A DNA stretch of 64,000 bases, from contig CBDEUM010000014.1 of NCBI GenBank assembly GCA_965242925.1, positions 581,848 through 645,847 on the forward strand. Direction: 5' to 3'. Below, in pieces: positions 47,919 through 58,184 of this stretch. Made by a program: the position numbers and the translations under genes. The notes below the pieces were generated by a model. That model searched no databases. It was not told where the DNA came from and worked only from the letters and a program-made list of their open reading frames with translations. How positions within the stretch are numbered: position 1 is the first letter of the stretch; each line of letters opens with the position of its first letter. This DNA comes from Roseibacillus sp. (GTDB taxonomy: Bacteria > Verrucomicrobiota > Verrucomicrobiia > Verrucomicrobiales > Akkermansiaceae).

Positions 47919-49379
47919 ATGAGCGCTTCGCCTTACAGCAATGCCCGCTGGCTCGATCGCCGCGACTTCCTCGCGCACACCTCGAGCGGACTGGGGGCGA
48001 TGGCCTTGACGAGCCTCCTCGGCTCGGAGGGTCTCCTTGCCGCACAGGCGCCCTCCATCGATCCCTCCCAGCCGCACGCGCCGCGCCCCGGCCACTATCC
48101 GGGCAAGGCCAGAAACGTCCTCGTCATCTTCTGCGCCGGTGCGTGCAGCCAGCTCGAGACCTGGGATTACAAGCCCGAGCTCATTAAATATGACGGCAAA
48201 CCGCTTGAAGGCGGCCCGGCGGTGACGTTCCAGGGACCGTCCGGGAACCTTGCCCGGCCGCAGTACGAATTCCGGCCGCGCGGCGAGTGCGGCAAGATGG
48301 TCTCCGACATGGTTCCGCATCTCGGGGAGCTGGTCGACGAGATGGCCTTCGTCCACTCCCTGACCAGCAAGTCGAACACGCACGGCCCCGCCGAGAACTT
48401 CCTCTCCACCGGCTTTGTGCTGGATGGCTTTCCCAGCGTCGGGGCGTGGGTCACGTACGCGCTCGGGACCGCGAACCATGACCTTCCCGCCTTCGTGGCG
48501 ATTCCCGATCCGCGGGGCATCCCGCAGGCCAGCATCAACAACTGGGGACCGGGTTTCCTGCCCGCCGAGTTCCAGGGAACCGCCTTCAGCGCCAAGGACC
48601 CGATTCGCAACCTCGCGCGTCCCGAGGAGATTTCTCCCGCTCGCGACCAGGCGGCCCGCACGCTCCTGAAGGGACTGAACCGTGAACACCTGCAACGCCA
48701 TCCCAACGAGAGCGCGCTCGCGGCCCGCATCGCGAGTTACGAACTGGCGGCCCGCATGCAGCTCAGCGTCCCCCGGATCAGCGATCTTTCCTCCGAGCCC
48801 GACCACATTCTCAAGATGTACGGGGCGGACGATTCCAAGAACAAGCTCAAGGCCGGCTTCGCGCGCAATTGCATCCTCGCCCGACGCCTCCTCGAGAACG
48901 GCGTCCGCTTCGTGCAGCTCTTCAATGGCGCGTATGCCAGCGGCGGGGAGTTGAACTGGGACGGACACAAGGAGCTCCGCAAGCAGTACGACGTGCATGG
49001 CGCCATCATGGACCAGCCCGCCGCGGCCCTCCTGCGCGACCTGAAACAGCGCGGTCTGCTGGAAGACACCCTGGTGGTGTGGTGCACCGAATTCGGACGC
49101 ATGCCCATGTTCCAGAAGGGCGCAAAGGGCCGCGACCACAACCCTAACGGCTTCACCGCCTGGCTCGCCGGCGCCGGCGTGAAGGCGGGCGTGAGCCATG
49201 GCGCCACCGACGAACTCGGCTACCAGGCCGTCGAAAACGTCCTCTCTGTTCACGACCTCAACGCCACTATTCTCCACCTCCTCGGACTTGACCACGAGGC
49301 TCTCACCTTCAAACACAACGGCATCGAGCGCAGGCTCACCGATGTGCACGGGCACGTGATCAAGGAGATCCTGGCGTAG
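47919..49379 (+). CDS. DUF1501 family protein (Tat signal)
   Basis: [27 protein letters not shown]. Confidence 0.9.
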   Translation: MSASPYSNARWLDRRDFLAHTSSGLGAMALTSLLGSEGLLAAQAPSIDPSQPHAPRPGHYPGKARNVLVIFCAGACSQLETWDYKPELIKYDGKPLEGGPAVTFQGPSGNLARPQYEFRPRGECGKMVSDMVPHLGELVDEMAFVHSLTSKSNTHGPAENFLSTGFVLDGFPSVGAWVTYALGTANHDLPAFVAIPDPRGIPQASINNWGPGFLPAEFQGTAFSAKDPIRNLARPEEISPARDQAARTLLKGLNREHLQRHPNESALAARIASYELAARMQLSVPRISDLSSEPDHILKMYGADDSKNKLKAGFARNCILARRLLENGVRFVQLFNGAYASGGELNWDGHKELRKQYDVHGAIMDQPAAALLRDLKQRGLLEDTLVVWCTEFGRMPMFQKGAKGRDHNPNGFTAWLAGAGVKAGVSHGATDELGYQAVENVLSVHDLNATILHLLGLDHEALTFKHNGIERRLTDVHGHVIKEILA

Positions 49380-49566
49380 TTTCGTTCTCGGGGGCTCCAA
49401 GGGGAAGGGCGTCGAAGGTGGGAAGTCGGCCGTCACAGGCTGCCCCACTTCTCGTCTTCGCCGCGTCACTCCATTCCGGTAAAAAGCGACGCGGGCCGGG
49501 GCGCGAGGGGGCTGCGGTGGTGACCCTTCACCCGTTCCATTGCCGGAATCAGGCAGGTGTTTGTCC

Positions 49567-51144
49567 TCAATTGGTTACTTCCACCCTGACGTTATCAATG
49601 GAAAGGCCACTGAAGGCGTCCGCACTGCCATCACTCACGAAGTTAAACTCAAGGACAACCCTTTCGCCAAGGGCCTCGGGAACCACCGCGATCCTGTGCG
49701 TAACGTAACCTTCATCCAGGATGTTCATGCCGAGGGGCGTCTCGGCTCCGAGTTGGATCTGATCTGCCGCGCGCAGGAAGCGAACCACCGCGGAGTCCCC
49801 TAAACCATCCGCATCCCGGAAGGCCTCAAAGGTCAGCTCGGCTCCCCCTGCCCCGCCCAGGTCGATCGCGGGCGAACGGAGGGCAATATCAGAATCCGCC
49901 CCGTAATCGCCGATGTTGGTAGACCAGGCATTGGCGGAATCAGCAGCACCCGCAAGCGGTCCGGTGCTGCCGGCGGGAGTACCGAGTTCCCACTGCGAGT
50001 TGCCGTCCGCATCATTGATGGCGGTCGTCCAGTTTCCCGGACCCGCTTCGAAATCATCGAAGAAGAGCGGCGGAACGGGTCCGACGACCAACGCGTAGAG
50101 CCGGAGAGGTTCAGCGGGGCTGACGACGCGATGCTGGTTCAGCGGGGGAGTGGCCGCCAGATTTTCCAGATCAGGGACGACGTCCCAGGTGTTTGGATCC
50201 GGATTTGTAGCCGGATCATCCGTGCTCACCACAGAGTAGGCCTCGAGGGCGGAGCTGTGCCACTCGAAGTCGAGGTTGTCTCCGCCGTCTTCACTGGAAA
50301 CCTTGAACTGGTAGGTGCCCGGGTGCAGCCCGACGACAGCCCCCTCAAAGTAATATTCCCTGAGAATGAGACCTGAACGGTCCCCGGAAACAGCAATTCT
50401 CGCCCAGCCCTTATGCCCATCGAGTTCAAACCCAATCCCTCTTTCCCCGGCTCCACCAAACTGCCCCATCCAGGCAGCTCCCCCCCAACCGATATAGCCG
50501 CAGTAAACACGGATATCCTCCCCGTCAAAGCTTCCCGAAGAACCAACCTCCTCGCCATTTGAAAGGAAGTGAGGATTGTAAGTGCTAATCCCGGCATGCC
50601 CCGGATCAAAATTGCCCAGGATTGCGCCATCGGCAGAGGCCTGAGCGTACATGCCCACCACCCAGTTCCCGCCGCCATTGGGACGCAGCTCGGTCGTGAA
50701 GGCTATCGTGTTTTCCGAAATCGCGTCACCGGGCATAGGCTTATCCTCTGCAGTCGGGTACAAGCCCCCGCTGGCCCCAAAGGACGATGCCGTCCCCAGG
50801 CTGCCATGCCCTCCTCCATTGTATGTTCCCTCCGGATTGAAGTACTGGTGAGTCCGGGCAATTTCAGTGAAGACCTCCCCGGTATAAGGATTGAACGCCA
50901 ACAGAACGGCCCCCTCATTGTCCCTGCTCTGATCCCCAAAACCGGAAGCGGGAGGGGCAAACCATGGGCCATGGGAAATCCAGTAGTCGTATGAGGCCGA
51001 ACCGATCCCGGCGGTGTTGCCACCATCCGTGTAGTCCTTATGAGTGCCTCCTTCGCCAACAGCGCCAAACTCGACTTGGGCAGACATCGGAATGCTCAAT
51101 GCCCAAATTGCCAATCCCGCCCACTGTCCCATTCTCATAATCAA
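49567..51144 (-). CDS. Secreted multidomain hypothetical protein
   Basis: Signal peptide; Gly-rich N-domain; C-terminal FFDDFE..WELGTP..LRSPAIDL..IDNVRV beta-sandwich. Confidence 0.7.
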   Translation of the reverse strand: MIMRMGQWAGLAIWALSIPMSAQVEFGAVGEGGTHKDYTDGGNTAGIGSASYDYWISHGPWFAPPASGFGDQSRDNEGAVLLAFNPYTGEVFTEIARTHQYFNPEGTYNGGGHGSLGTASSFGASGGLYPTAEDKPMPGDAISENTIAFTTELRPNGGGNWVVGMYAQASADGAILGNFDPGHAGISTYNPHFLSNGEEVGSSGSFDGEDIRVYCGYIGWGGAAWMGQFGGAGERGIGFELDGHKGWARIAVSGDRSGLILREYYFEGAVVGLHPGTYQFKVSSEDGGDNLDFEWHSSALEAYSVVSTDDPATNPDPNTWDVVPDLENLAATPPLNQHRVVSPAEPLRLYALVVGPVPPLFFDDFEAGPGNWTTAINDADGNSQWELGTPAGSTGPLAGAADSANAWSTNIGDYGADSDIALRSPAIDLGGAGGAELTFEAFRDADGLGDSAVVRFLRAADQIQLGAETPLGMNILDEGYVTHRIAVVPEALGERVVLEFNFVSDGSADAFSGLSIDNVRVEVTN

Positions 51145-51679
51145 AAAGAAATAGATGGAAAAACCCGGTGCCTACTAGAAGTTTAACGCGGAACTTTGCT
51201 TCCCATCCCAAACCAGAGACATCAGCTTCCGCTCGCTCATCCGGCTTCAGGGTTCACGGTTCAGGCCAGACTTGAAGTGGAGCCCTTCTATCCATACCAA
51301 CGGGTTGGTTAATTATTTATATCCCTTAAGGAGTCGGTGCTGGCACCTCGCGGCCCATGGTTCGTTTTTTCCTGGCTGATCCCCATACGGTTGCGCTTTT
51401 AGCAGGCCATCCTCGGCAAAAAGAGATTGAAGCCACGCCTTAAGACTTGCTGGCAACACCCCCCCATCGCCATCTGGCTTGACATCAAGGTAACTTGCTC
51501 CGGTGGAAGAGCCTGTCCAGGGTCACTCCCCGGAAGAGATCAGGATTCCATCCGGTCGGAATTGCCAGCTACGCCGTTCATATGGAATTGGGCGATTGAT
51601 TGATCGTTTCTTCCTCCTTCCAACGACTTCCCTCTCGCCTCTTCCCGCTCTTTCTGCTTTCCACAGGGGCAAGGAAGAG

Positions 51680-52252
51680 ATGTCTGAAAACACACGTGAG
51701 GAATTAAAACTGCTGCTCTTGGACAAGTCCGTCCGAACGGGGGAGTTCACCCTGGCCTCCGGCAGGAAGAGCGACCTTTATCTCGATTGCCGGGTGACCA
51801 GCTTTGATTCACGGGGTGCTCGCCTTATCGGGGAGGAAGGGTGGCTGGCCGTCCGGGAAAAACTGTCCACGAGCGGCCTGAACGCTGCGGCCATCGGCGG
51901 TATGACCCTGGGAGCGGATCCCATTTCCCTTGCCATCGGCATGGAGTCCGCCCGACAGCGACCGGATGATTTCCTTCAGGTGTTTACAGTCCGTAAGGAA
52001 GCGAAGGGATACGGCGTGGGCCGCCGTATTGAAGGCAACTTCTCCCCGGGCGATTCCATCGTGGTGGTCGATGACGTGATCACCACGGGCGGCTCCACCC
52101 TCAAGGCGGTTGATGCCATTGAAGCCGAGGGCGGCAAGGTCCTCTTTGCCTTCGTCCTGGTCGATCGCGAGGAGGGCGGACGTCAGGCGCTGGAAGAACG
52201 GGGCATTGAAGTCCTCTCTCTTTTCACCCGCACCGATCTCCTGGGGAGCTGA
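51680..52252 (+). CDS. pyrE: Orotate phosphoribosyltransferase
   Basis: FTLASGRKS, VRKEAK, VVDDVITTGGS, VDREEG. Confidence 0.96.
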   Translation: MSENTREELKLLLLDKSVRTGEFTLASGRKSDLYLDCRVTSFDSRGARLIGEEGWLAVREKLSTSGLNAAAIGGMTLGADPISLAIGMESARQRPDDFLQVFTVRKEAKGYGVGRRIEGNFSPGDSIVVVDDVITTGGSTLKAVDAIEAEGGKVLFAFVLVDREEGGRQALEERGIEVLSLFTRTDLLGS

Positions 52253-52357
52253 TCCGGTTTCCTCTCCTGCCTTCTCGCTCCCCTCTGTTCTTTTCCCGCA
52301 CGCAGGGTTGGCATTTGCAAACGTGGTGATGGCGGTCACCGTCGACTTGAAAGGCCC

Positions 52358-53280
52358 ATGACGATTTTTCTTTCTGGCGCCACCGGGCTTTATCGGACGG
52401 GCCCTGGCGCTCCGCCTCCAGCGCCGTGGGCACGCCGTTCTTGCCTGGGCCCGCTCGCCCCACCGGGCACGGGCACAGCTGGGGGAAGATGTCACCCTTC
52501 TGTCCATCGAGGCGGGGGATCAGGAACTCGCCGATGTTCTCAGTCAATTCGAGGCGGTTATCAACCTGGCCGGAGAGCCTCTTTTCGGAAAACTCCGCAC
52601 TCCCGGTCGCAAGCGGGCCATCGTGGAGAGCGGGGTCGCCTTGACCTCCCGATTGGTGGGCGGGATGCGCCGGGCCGAGCGACCACCGAAGATCCTCATC
52701 TCCGACAGCGCGGGGGACTATGACGGGGACCGGGCCGCAGAACGGCTCAAGGAGCAGGATGCGCCACCGACAGGTTTTCTGGCACAGCTCTGCTGTGACT
52801 GGGAACACGCCGCCATGGCAACGGCCACCGCTGGAGCCCGGGGCGATGGGGTGCGACAACCGGTAGCCCATGGTCGAGAGCTCCTCCCTGAGGAAGCGGC
52901 CACCCTCCACTTTGTTGGTGGCGCGCAGCGTCCTGAACGAACCTATTGATCCCGTCTTTTCCTTTCTCTCCAACCCTGCCACCCTGGGGTTGCTCGCCCC
53001 CTCGCAATTGAGTTTTACGCTTCTGCGTTTCAATCGCCAGGTGACACACGGCGTAAATCTCAACTCCACCGTTCCTGTTTGCAGCCTGCTAATTCGATGC
53101 CGTTCCCGCATGGAGTCCCGGGAACCACGCCGGTATTTCATCGACTCACGACTACAGGCCTTCCGGCGGGCCTGGTGACACGCACGCCATTTTCCCGAAG
53201 ACGGCGAAACCCTCAGAATGGAGGATTGGGGCTCCCGGGCCGCCTGGCCCATCGCCTGTTTCTTTCTTCACGACTTTGAG
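52358..53280 (+). pseudogene. Degraded TIGR01777-family epimerase + SRPBCC gene(s)
   Basis: GATG/FIG split by an extra G near 52386; INLAGE and DWE motifs in the shifted frame; epimerase C-half missing; SRPBCC-like segment with internal TGA at 53176-53178. Confidence 0.75.
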
Positions 53281-53849
53281 CAGTCTTCCATTCCCGCGCC
53301 GCGACGATTCGCTTTCGATTCGGAGTTGGTCCAATTTCCGGGAGCACCGCCCGGAGAAAGGCATCTTCCTGGTTTGCGGAGACCTCCCCCCAACGGCAAC
53401 CGATCCCCTTTTTCTTTTCCTCTGCACTCACCCCTCGCAATTCCTCACAGATCTGGTTACGATGTCATCCCGGCCCTTCTGTTAGGTTTTGTTAGGCCCC
53501 ACTGTTAGATTCCGGAATCCATTCCTGCCAATTCTTCCGCCCCCCCTGCCGCCTTCTCCTCGATCCGCTTAACCTATTGATCTTCAACAGATTGCGGGAT
53601 GCCTACTGCCCGCTCGGGCCCTTGGTCATTGCCGATTCCGTCCAATCGAGCCCAGGTTCAACCCCTCCCCAAGGCTCCCTTCCTCTGCCGATTCCAATCC
53701 CATCCCCGGCAGGCCGGCCCTCGCGGCGTCACCGCCTCAACCTCTCCCCTTCCCTGCGGCTGGATCACCAGGTCTCATCGGGCAGAGGGAGCCGAAAGAC
53801 GGGATGGTGGTCCCGATCCCCCTTCTGCGTCGCCCTGAAACACCAATGC

Positions 53850-53865
53850 CGTTCCACGTGGAACA
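53850..53865. promoter_or_regulatory. parS site
   Basis: CGTTCCACGTGGAACA, 15/16 match to TGTTCCACGTGGAACA. Confidence 0.85.
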
Positions 53866-53971
53866 GGTTTCTTGAAGGAAAGTGATCAGTCTGCACGAAG
53901 AGTTTCCTGCTTGCCCTGGTTCTTGAGTTCCGGCCTCCAGGTGTTAGCCTCCACAGCTCTCAGAGGACTCC

Positions 53972-55849
53972 ATGTTCCGCTATCCCAAAGAATACGATGT
54001 TCTGGTCATCGGCGCAGGCCACGCTGGCTTGGAAGCCGCGTTCGCCGCTGCTCGTCTGGGCTGCCAGGTTGCGGTTCTGACCCAGAACCTCGATACGATC
54101 GGCCAGATGAGCTGTAACCCCGCGATTGGGGGCCTCGGGAAGGGGCATATGGTCCGCGAAATTGACGCCTTGGGGGGCGTCATGGGCCTCAACACAGACG
54201 CCACCGCCATCCAATGGCGCCTTCTCAATGCCCGGAAAGGCCCCAGCGTCAGAGCCCCCCGCGCCCAATGCGATAAGAAGGCTTATCAACTCCGCATGAA
54301 ACACCTTCTGGAGTCCGCCCCCGGGATTGACATCCACCAGGGCAACGCGCTGCGCCTCCTCGTTTCCCAATCCGCGGCCCAGGGGGTCCAAACCAATCTG
54401 GATCTTGAGCTCAGGAGCCGCGCAGTCGTATTAAGTGCCGGAACCTTCATGCGGGGGCTCATGCACATCGGCCAACAGAACCAGCAGGGTGGCCGCATGG
54501 GCGATGCTATTACCACGATCAGCGACTCCCTCCGGGATCTGGGTTTCGAACTGGAACGTTTTAAGACAGGGACCCCCTGCCGACTCAATGGCCGCTCTCT
54601 TGATCTTGCCAAGTGTGAACGCCAGGACGGTGATACGCCCCCGCCCCTTTTCAGTTACCTGGCTCATACGATCTCAAAGCAGCCCGACGACCTCTTCACC
54701 TTGAATTCTTGGAATAGTGAAGGGTTCCACGTGGAACAGCTTCCCTGCTGGATCACCTGGACCAACCCCGACACCCACCTTAAAATTCGCGAAAACCTTG
54801 ACAAGAGCCCCCTCTTTTCAGGTGCAATCGAAGGAATTGGGCCCCGTTACTGCCCATCCATCGAAGACAAGGTCGTCAAGTTCCCTGACAAGGAACGGCA
54901 TCAGATCTTTCTTGAGCCGGAGGGTCGTCACACCAGAGAATACTATGTTAACGGGGTGTCGACCTCTCTCCCTTACCAAACCCAGCTGTCTTTTATCCGC
55001 TCCATCGCTGGGTTGGAGCGGGCCGAGATTCTTCGCCCAGGCTACGCGGTGGAATACGACTATTGCCCGCCCACTCAACTAACCCCCTCCCTTGAAACAA
55101 AGCGCGTTGAGGGCCTCTACTTTGCCGGACAAATCAATGGTACCTCGGGCTATGAAGAGGCCGCCGGCCAGGGCCTCCTCGCCGGTGCCAACGCCGCCCT
55201 CAAGATTCTCGGCAACAAGCCCCTCATCCTCTCCCGTGACCAAGCCTACCTTGGCGTCATGATCGACGATCTCGTCACCAAGGGCTGCACCGAGCCCTAT
55301 CGCATCTTCACCAGTCGCGCTGAATACCGCCTTCTCCTCCGCCAGGACAATGCCGATCAGCGCCTCAGTCCCCTTGCTCAAACCTTCGGATTATCCTGTG
55401 ACCAGCGCAACGAGCAAACGGAGGCAAAACTCAAAATCCTCGGGGAGGCCGCGCGTTTCGTGCGCGAAACCACGCACGACGGTCTCAAACTCGATCACTG
55501 GTTCCGACGTGAGAACAATCGCTGGCAGGATCTTCCTGCCTCGCTCCAGCAGCGGTTCCCCATGGAACTCTGGCCCCTCATTGAAACCGACTTCAAATAC
55601 GAAGGGCACATCCTGCGCCAGCGCCAGCAGATCGACCGCATGGCCCGCCAGGAAGCCCGTCCACTGCCCCATGATACTGATTACCGGTCTCTTACAGGCC
55701 TGAAGCGCGAAGCGCAGCAGCGCCTCAGCGAAATTCGTCCACAGACCCTCGGCCAGGCCGCACGTATCAGTGGCATCACTCCGGCCGATATCGCGGTTCT
55801 TTCGATTTGGCTTGAGAAGCGCGACCGCTCCGCTCCTCCTAACGAGTGA
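53972..55849 (+). CDS. mnmG: tRNA uridine 5-carboxymethylaminomethyl modification enzyme MnmG (GidA)
   Basis: [46 protein letters not shown]. Confidence 0.98.
   Translation: MFRYPKEYDVLVIGAGHAGLEAAFAAARLGCQVAVLTQNLDTIGQMSCNPAIGGLGKGHMVREIDALGGVMGLNTDATAIQWRLLNARKGPSVRAPRAQCDKKAYQLRMKHLLESAPGIDIHQGNALRLLVSQSAAQGVQTNLDLELRSRAVVLSAGTFMRGLMHIGQQNQQGGRMGDAITTISDSLRDLGFELERFKTGTPCRLNGRSLDLAKCERQDGDTPPPLFSYLAHTISKQPDDLFTLNSWNSEGFHVEQLPCWITWTNPDTHLKIRENLDKSPLFSGAIEGIGPRYCPSIEDKVVKFPDKERHQIFLEPEGRHTREYYVNGVSTSLPYQTQLSFIRSIAGLERAEILRPGYAVEYDYCPPTQLTPSLETKRVEGLYFAGQINGTSGYEEAAGQGLLAGANAALKILGNKPLILSRDQAYLGVMIDDLVTKGCTEPYRIFTSRAEYRLLLRQDNADQRLSPLAQTFGLSCDQRNEQTEAKLKILGEAARFVRETTHDGLKLDHWFRRENNRWQDLPASLQQRFPMELWPLIETDFKYEGHILRQRQQIDRMARQEARPLPHDTDYRSLTGLKREAQQRLSEIRPQTLGQAARISGITPADIAVLSIWLEKRDRSAPPNE
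54723..54738. promoter_or_regulatory. parS site inside mnmG
   Basis: GGTTCCACGTGGAACA, 15/16 match; reads FHVEQ in the protein. Confidence 0.85.
55554..55569. promoter_or_regulatory. Degenerate parS-like site inside mnmG
   Basis: GGTTCCCCATGGAACT, 12/16 match. Confidence 0.4.
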
Positions 55850-56012
55850 CATCATTCCCCTCTCCCGATTGGGGGCAACTCTCCTCGAGCTCTGCACGAC
55901 AGCATCTTCTTCTTGTTCCGGTGCAATCTGCCGGATGGTCCTGCGATGCCTGCCTAACGCCAGTTAATACTATGGTTATAGTAGCAGTGCACGCCGGAGC
56001 CTTTCGCCTGTC

Positions 56013-57077
56013 CTAACCCTCTAATTCGCCACTGGTTCCCGCAAGGACCGCACGCAGGCGCACATCATTCTCAATCCGCTTGAACCGCAGGTGGTCCAGG
56101 CGAACCCGTTTTTTGAAATCGGCCACCCCTTCGCCCCCGCTCGCCGGGACCAACCCTCCAGTCAGAAGGGGCGCGAGATAAAAAACGACCTCGTCGGCCC
56201 AGCCTTCATCAAGCAGGCGGCCCACCAAGCGACCGCCCGCCTCGACCAGCAGACTGACAACACCGTAATCGGAAACGAGTTCACGGAGGATGCACTCGAT
56301 GCGTTGCCCCTTGTAAACAAGGGTTCGATCCGCATAGGCGTCGGTAAAAATCTCCGCTCCGCGAGGCAGCTCTAATTTGCTTGATGTCAAGATAACTCGC
56401 CACGGCTGGATCTGGCCTTCCTTCTCATCTTCGCCCCGCAAGGTAAACCGGGGATTATCGGCCCGAACGGTTTGGCCACTACTTAGAATCGCATCTACTT
56501 CTCCTCTAAGTTCCTGCACTTCCGCCCGTGAGCCAGGTCCACTGAGCCACTGCCCCTCACCCTTCATTCTCGTTATTCTGCCGTCCAGACTCAGCGCGCT
56601 CTTGATGATGACCCACGGCAATCCAGTCCGTTGAACTTTGGCAAATGCCCGAATCAGTTCTTCGCAACCTGCCTCCTCTATGCCTTCCACCACCTCAATT
56701 CCCGCCTCGGTCAAAATCCCTGCCGCTTTTCCCCCATGGGCTGGATTGGGATCACTTGCGCCAATGACAATCCGTTTGACACCCGCTTGGACAAGGGCCG
56801 TGGTGCAGGGCCCAGTCCGGCCCTGGGTGCAACATGGCTCAAGGGTAACATAGACCGTTGCACCCCGGGCCGCATCCATGCCGTGACGGCTCACGGCATC
56901 CTTAAGAGCCTCCACCTCGGCGTGCGGCTGCCCGGCCGCTCGATGCCAGCCAACGCCCACTTCCTCCCCATCTTTTACAATCACCGCTCCAACCGGCGGA
57001 TTCGGACTGGTTAGTCCCACCCCAAACTCTGCCAAATGCAGTGCCCGGCGCATGTATTCGCTGTCGTTCACAGACAA
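56013..57077 (-). CDS. ribD: Bifunctional riboflavin deaminase/reductase
   Basis: PNPPVG, HAE, TLEPC, SLDG, LVEAGG. Confidence 0.96.
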   Translation of the reverse strand: MSVNDSEYMRRALHLAEFGVGLTSPNPPVGAVIVKDGEEVGVGWHRAAGQPHAEVEALKDAVSRHGMDAARGATVYVTLEPCCTQGRTGPCTTALVQAGVKRIVIGASDPNPAHGGKAAGILTEAGIEVVEGIEEAGCEELIRAFAKVQRTGLPWVIIKSALSLDGRITRMKGEGQWLSGPGSRAEVQELRGEVDAILSSGQTVRADNPRFTLRGEDEKEGQIQPWRVILTSSKLELPRGAEIFTDAYADRTLVYKGQRIECILRELVSDYGVVSLLVEAGGRLVGRLLDEGWADEVVFYLAPLLTGGLVPASGGEGVADFKKRVRLDHLRFKRIENDVRLRAVLAGTSGELEG

Positions 57078-57528
57078 GCTCTAGCGCTCACACACCCTCC
57101 TCGCAAGGACCGTGGAGAACATGCTAAAAACCTGCGGGAAAGATGCGAATGGCCTGATCATTTCCGGAACAACCAACAATTTCTGATCAAGACGAGCTTG
57201 CGGCACACCTTTGTTCGCTTCCTTTTCGCAGCGTGGAACATCGTGAAAAAAAGGGGGGAACGCACAAACTGCCGACTTATTCTCGACTATAAGAAGAAGA
57301 ATTAAGGAGTGATTTTAAGACCCTACTTCTTCACTTCATCCAATCATCCCCTCCCTCCCGCGGCCACGTTCCCAAACCATCTGGAAGCCCATGAGCGCAC
57401 CGCATTGTCTAAAGTTCGAAGTCCTTCGTCAAACATCCGCCGACCGAATCCTGGCAAGATTTGACCTCCCTGATACGAGCGACGGATTTTTTCGTGCACG
57501 AAAACGTATTTGGGTGTAGCAGAGGATC
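57078..57528. other. Candidate replication origin region
   Basis: C-to-G skew switch on the + strand, AT-rich intergenic segment, nearby mnmG and parS; only degenerate DnaA-box-like 9-mers. Confidence 0.5.
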
Positions 57529-58104
57529 GTGAACCGGACGCTAGCACCCTTTCTCCTGGTTGCCCTTCTTGTGGCCTTCAGCCTTGTTGGGGCGAGATGG
57601 CAGGAAGTGCTTCCCGGGTTCAGTCCCTTACCTGCCGTATTCTTCTGCGTGGCAGCGCGGGTCGGAGTTCGCTGGCTCTGGGTCCCCCTCGTCGCCTGGT
57701 TGCTTTCCTATCCCCTGACCAATCTCACCCAGGGTTATGGCTGGGATTTCCACATCGCAATCGCATTCGGTGGTTTTGCGGTAGCGGCCGGAGCGGGATA
57801 CTCTCTCCGCAGGAGAAACTGGCTGGCGATGATGGGCGGCTCAATTGGAGCGGCGATCCTCTTTTACGCGGTGACCAACACCGGATCTTGGCTTCTTCTC
57901 CCGCAATACTCCAAGACGTGGGCTGGCTTCGTGCAGGCGCAGACAGTCGGAGTGCCAGGCCCGATTCCTCCGGCCTGGGTTTTCCTGAGGAGCTCGATCG
58001 CCGCCAGCGCACTATTCAGCGGGCTTTTCCTCCTTGGCCAGCGGAAGTGGGGGCTTGTCCCGGACGGAGTCACCGCACTTTCTGGGATTCGCGCGCGGCG
58101 CTGA
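57529..58104 (+). CDS. DUF6580-like putative membrane transport protein
   Basis: PGFSPL, several TMs, AILFYAVTN..W..YSKTWAG. Confidence 0.7.
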   Translation: MNRTLAPFLLVALLVAFSLVGARWQEVLPGFSPLPAVFFCVAARVGVRWLWVPLVAWLLSYPLTNLTQGYGWDFHIAIAFGGFAVAAGAGYSLRRRNWLAMMGGSIGAAILFYAVTNTGSWLLLPQYSKTWAGFVQAQTVGVPGPIPPAWVFLRSSIAASALFSGLFLLGQRKWGLVPDGVTALSGIRARR

Positions 58105-58184
58105 GATAGGGAAGGCCCCTTCCCCAGACCTTAACTCTTGCCCGTTGTGAGTCCACCGGGTATTCACGCCCAGAAGTCTTCATC

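Noticed and set aside
53176..53178. TGA in the SRPBCC-like frame as another selenocysteine
   Set aside because: Not a redox Cys position, no AGTTR hairpin follows, and the locus has other lesions.
57300..57528. Cobalamin riboswitch upstream of the DUF6580-like gene
   Set aside because: No recognisable B12-box or other conserved riboswitch motifs.
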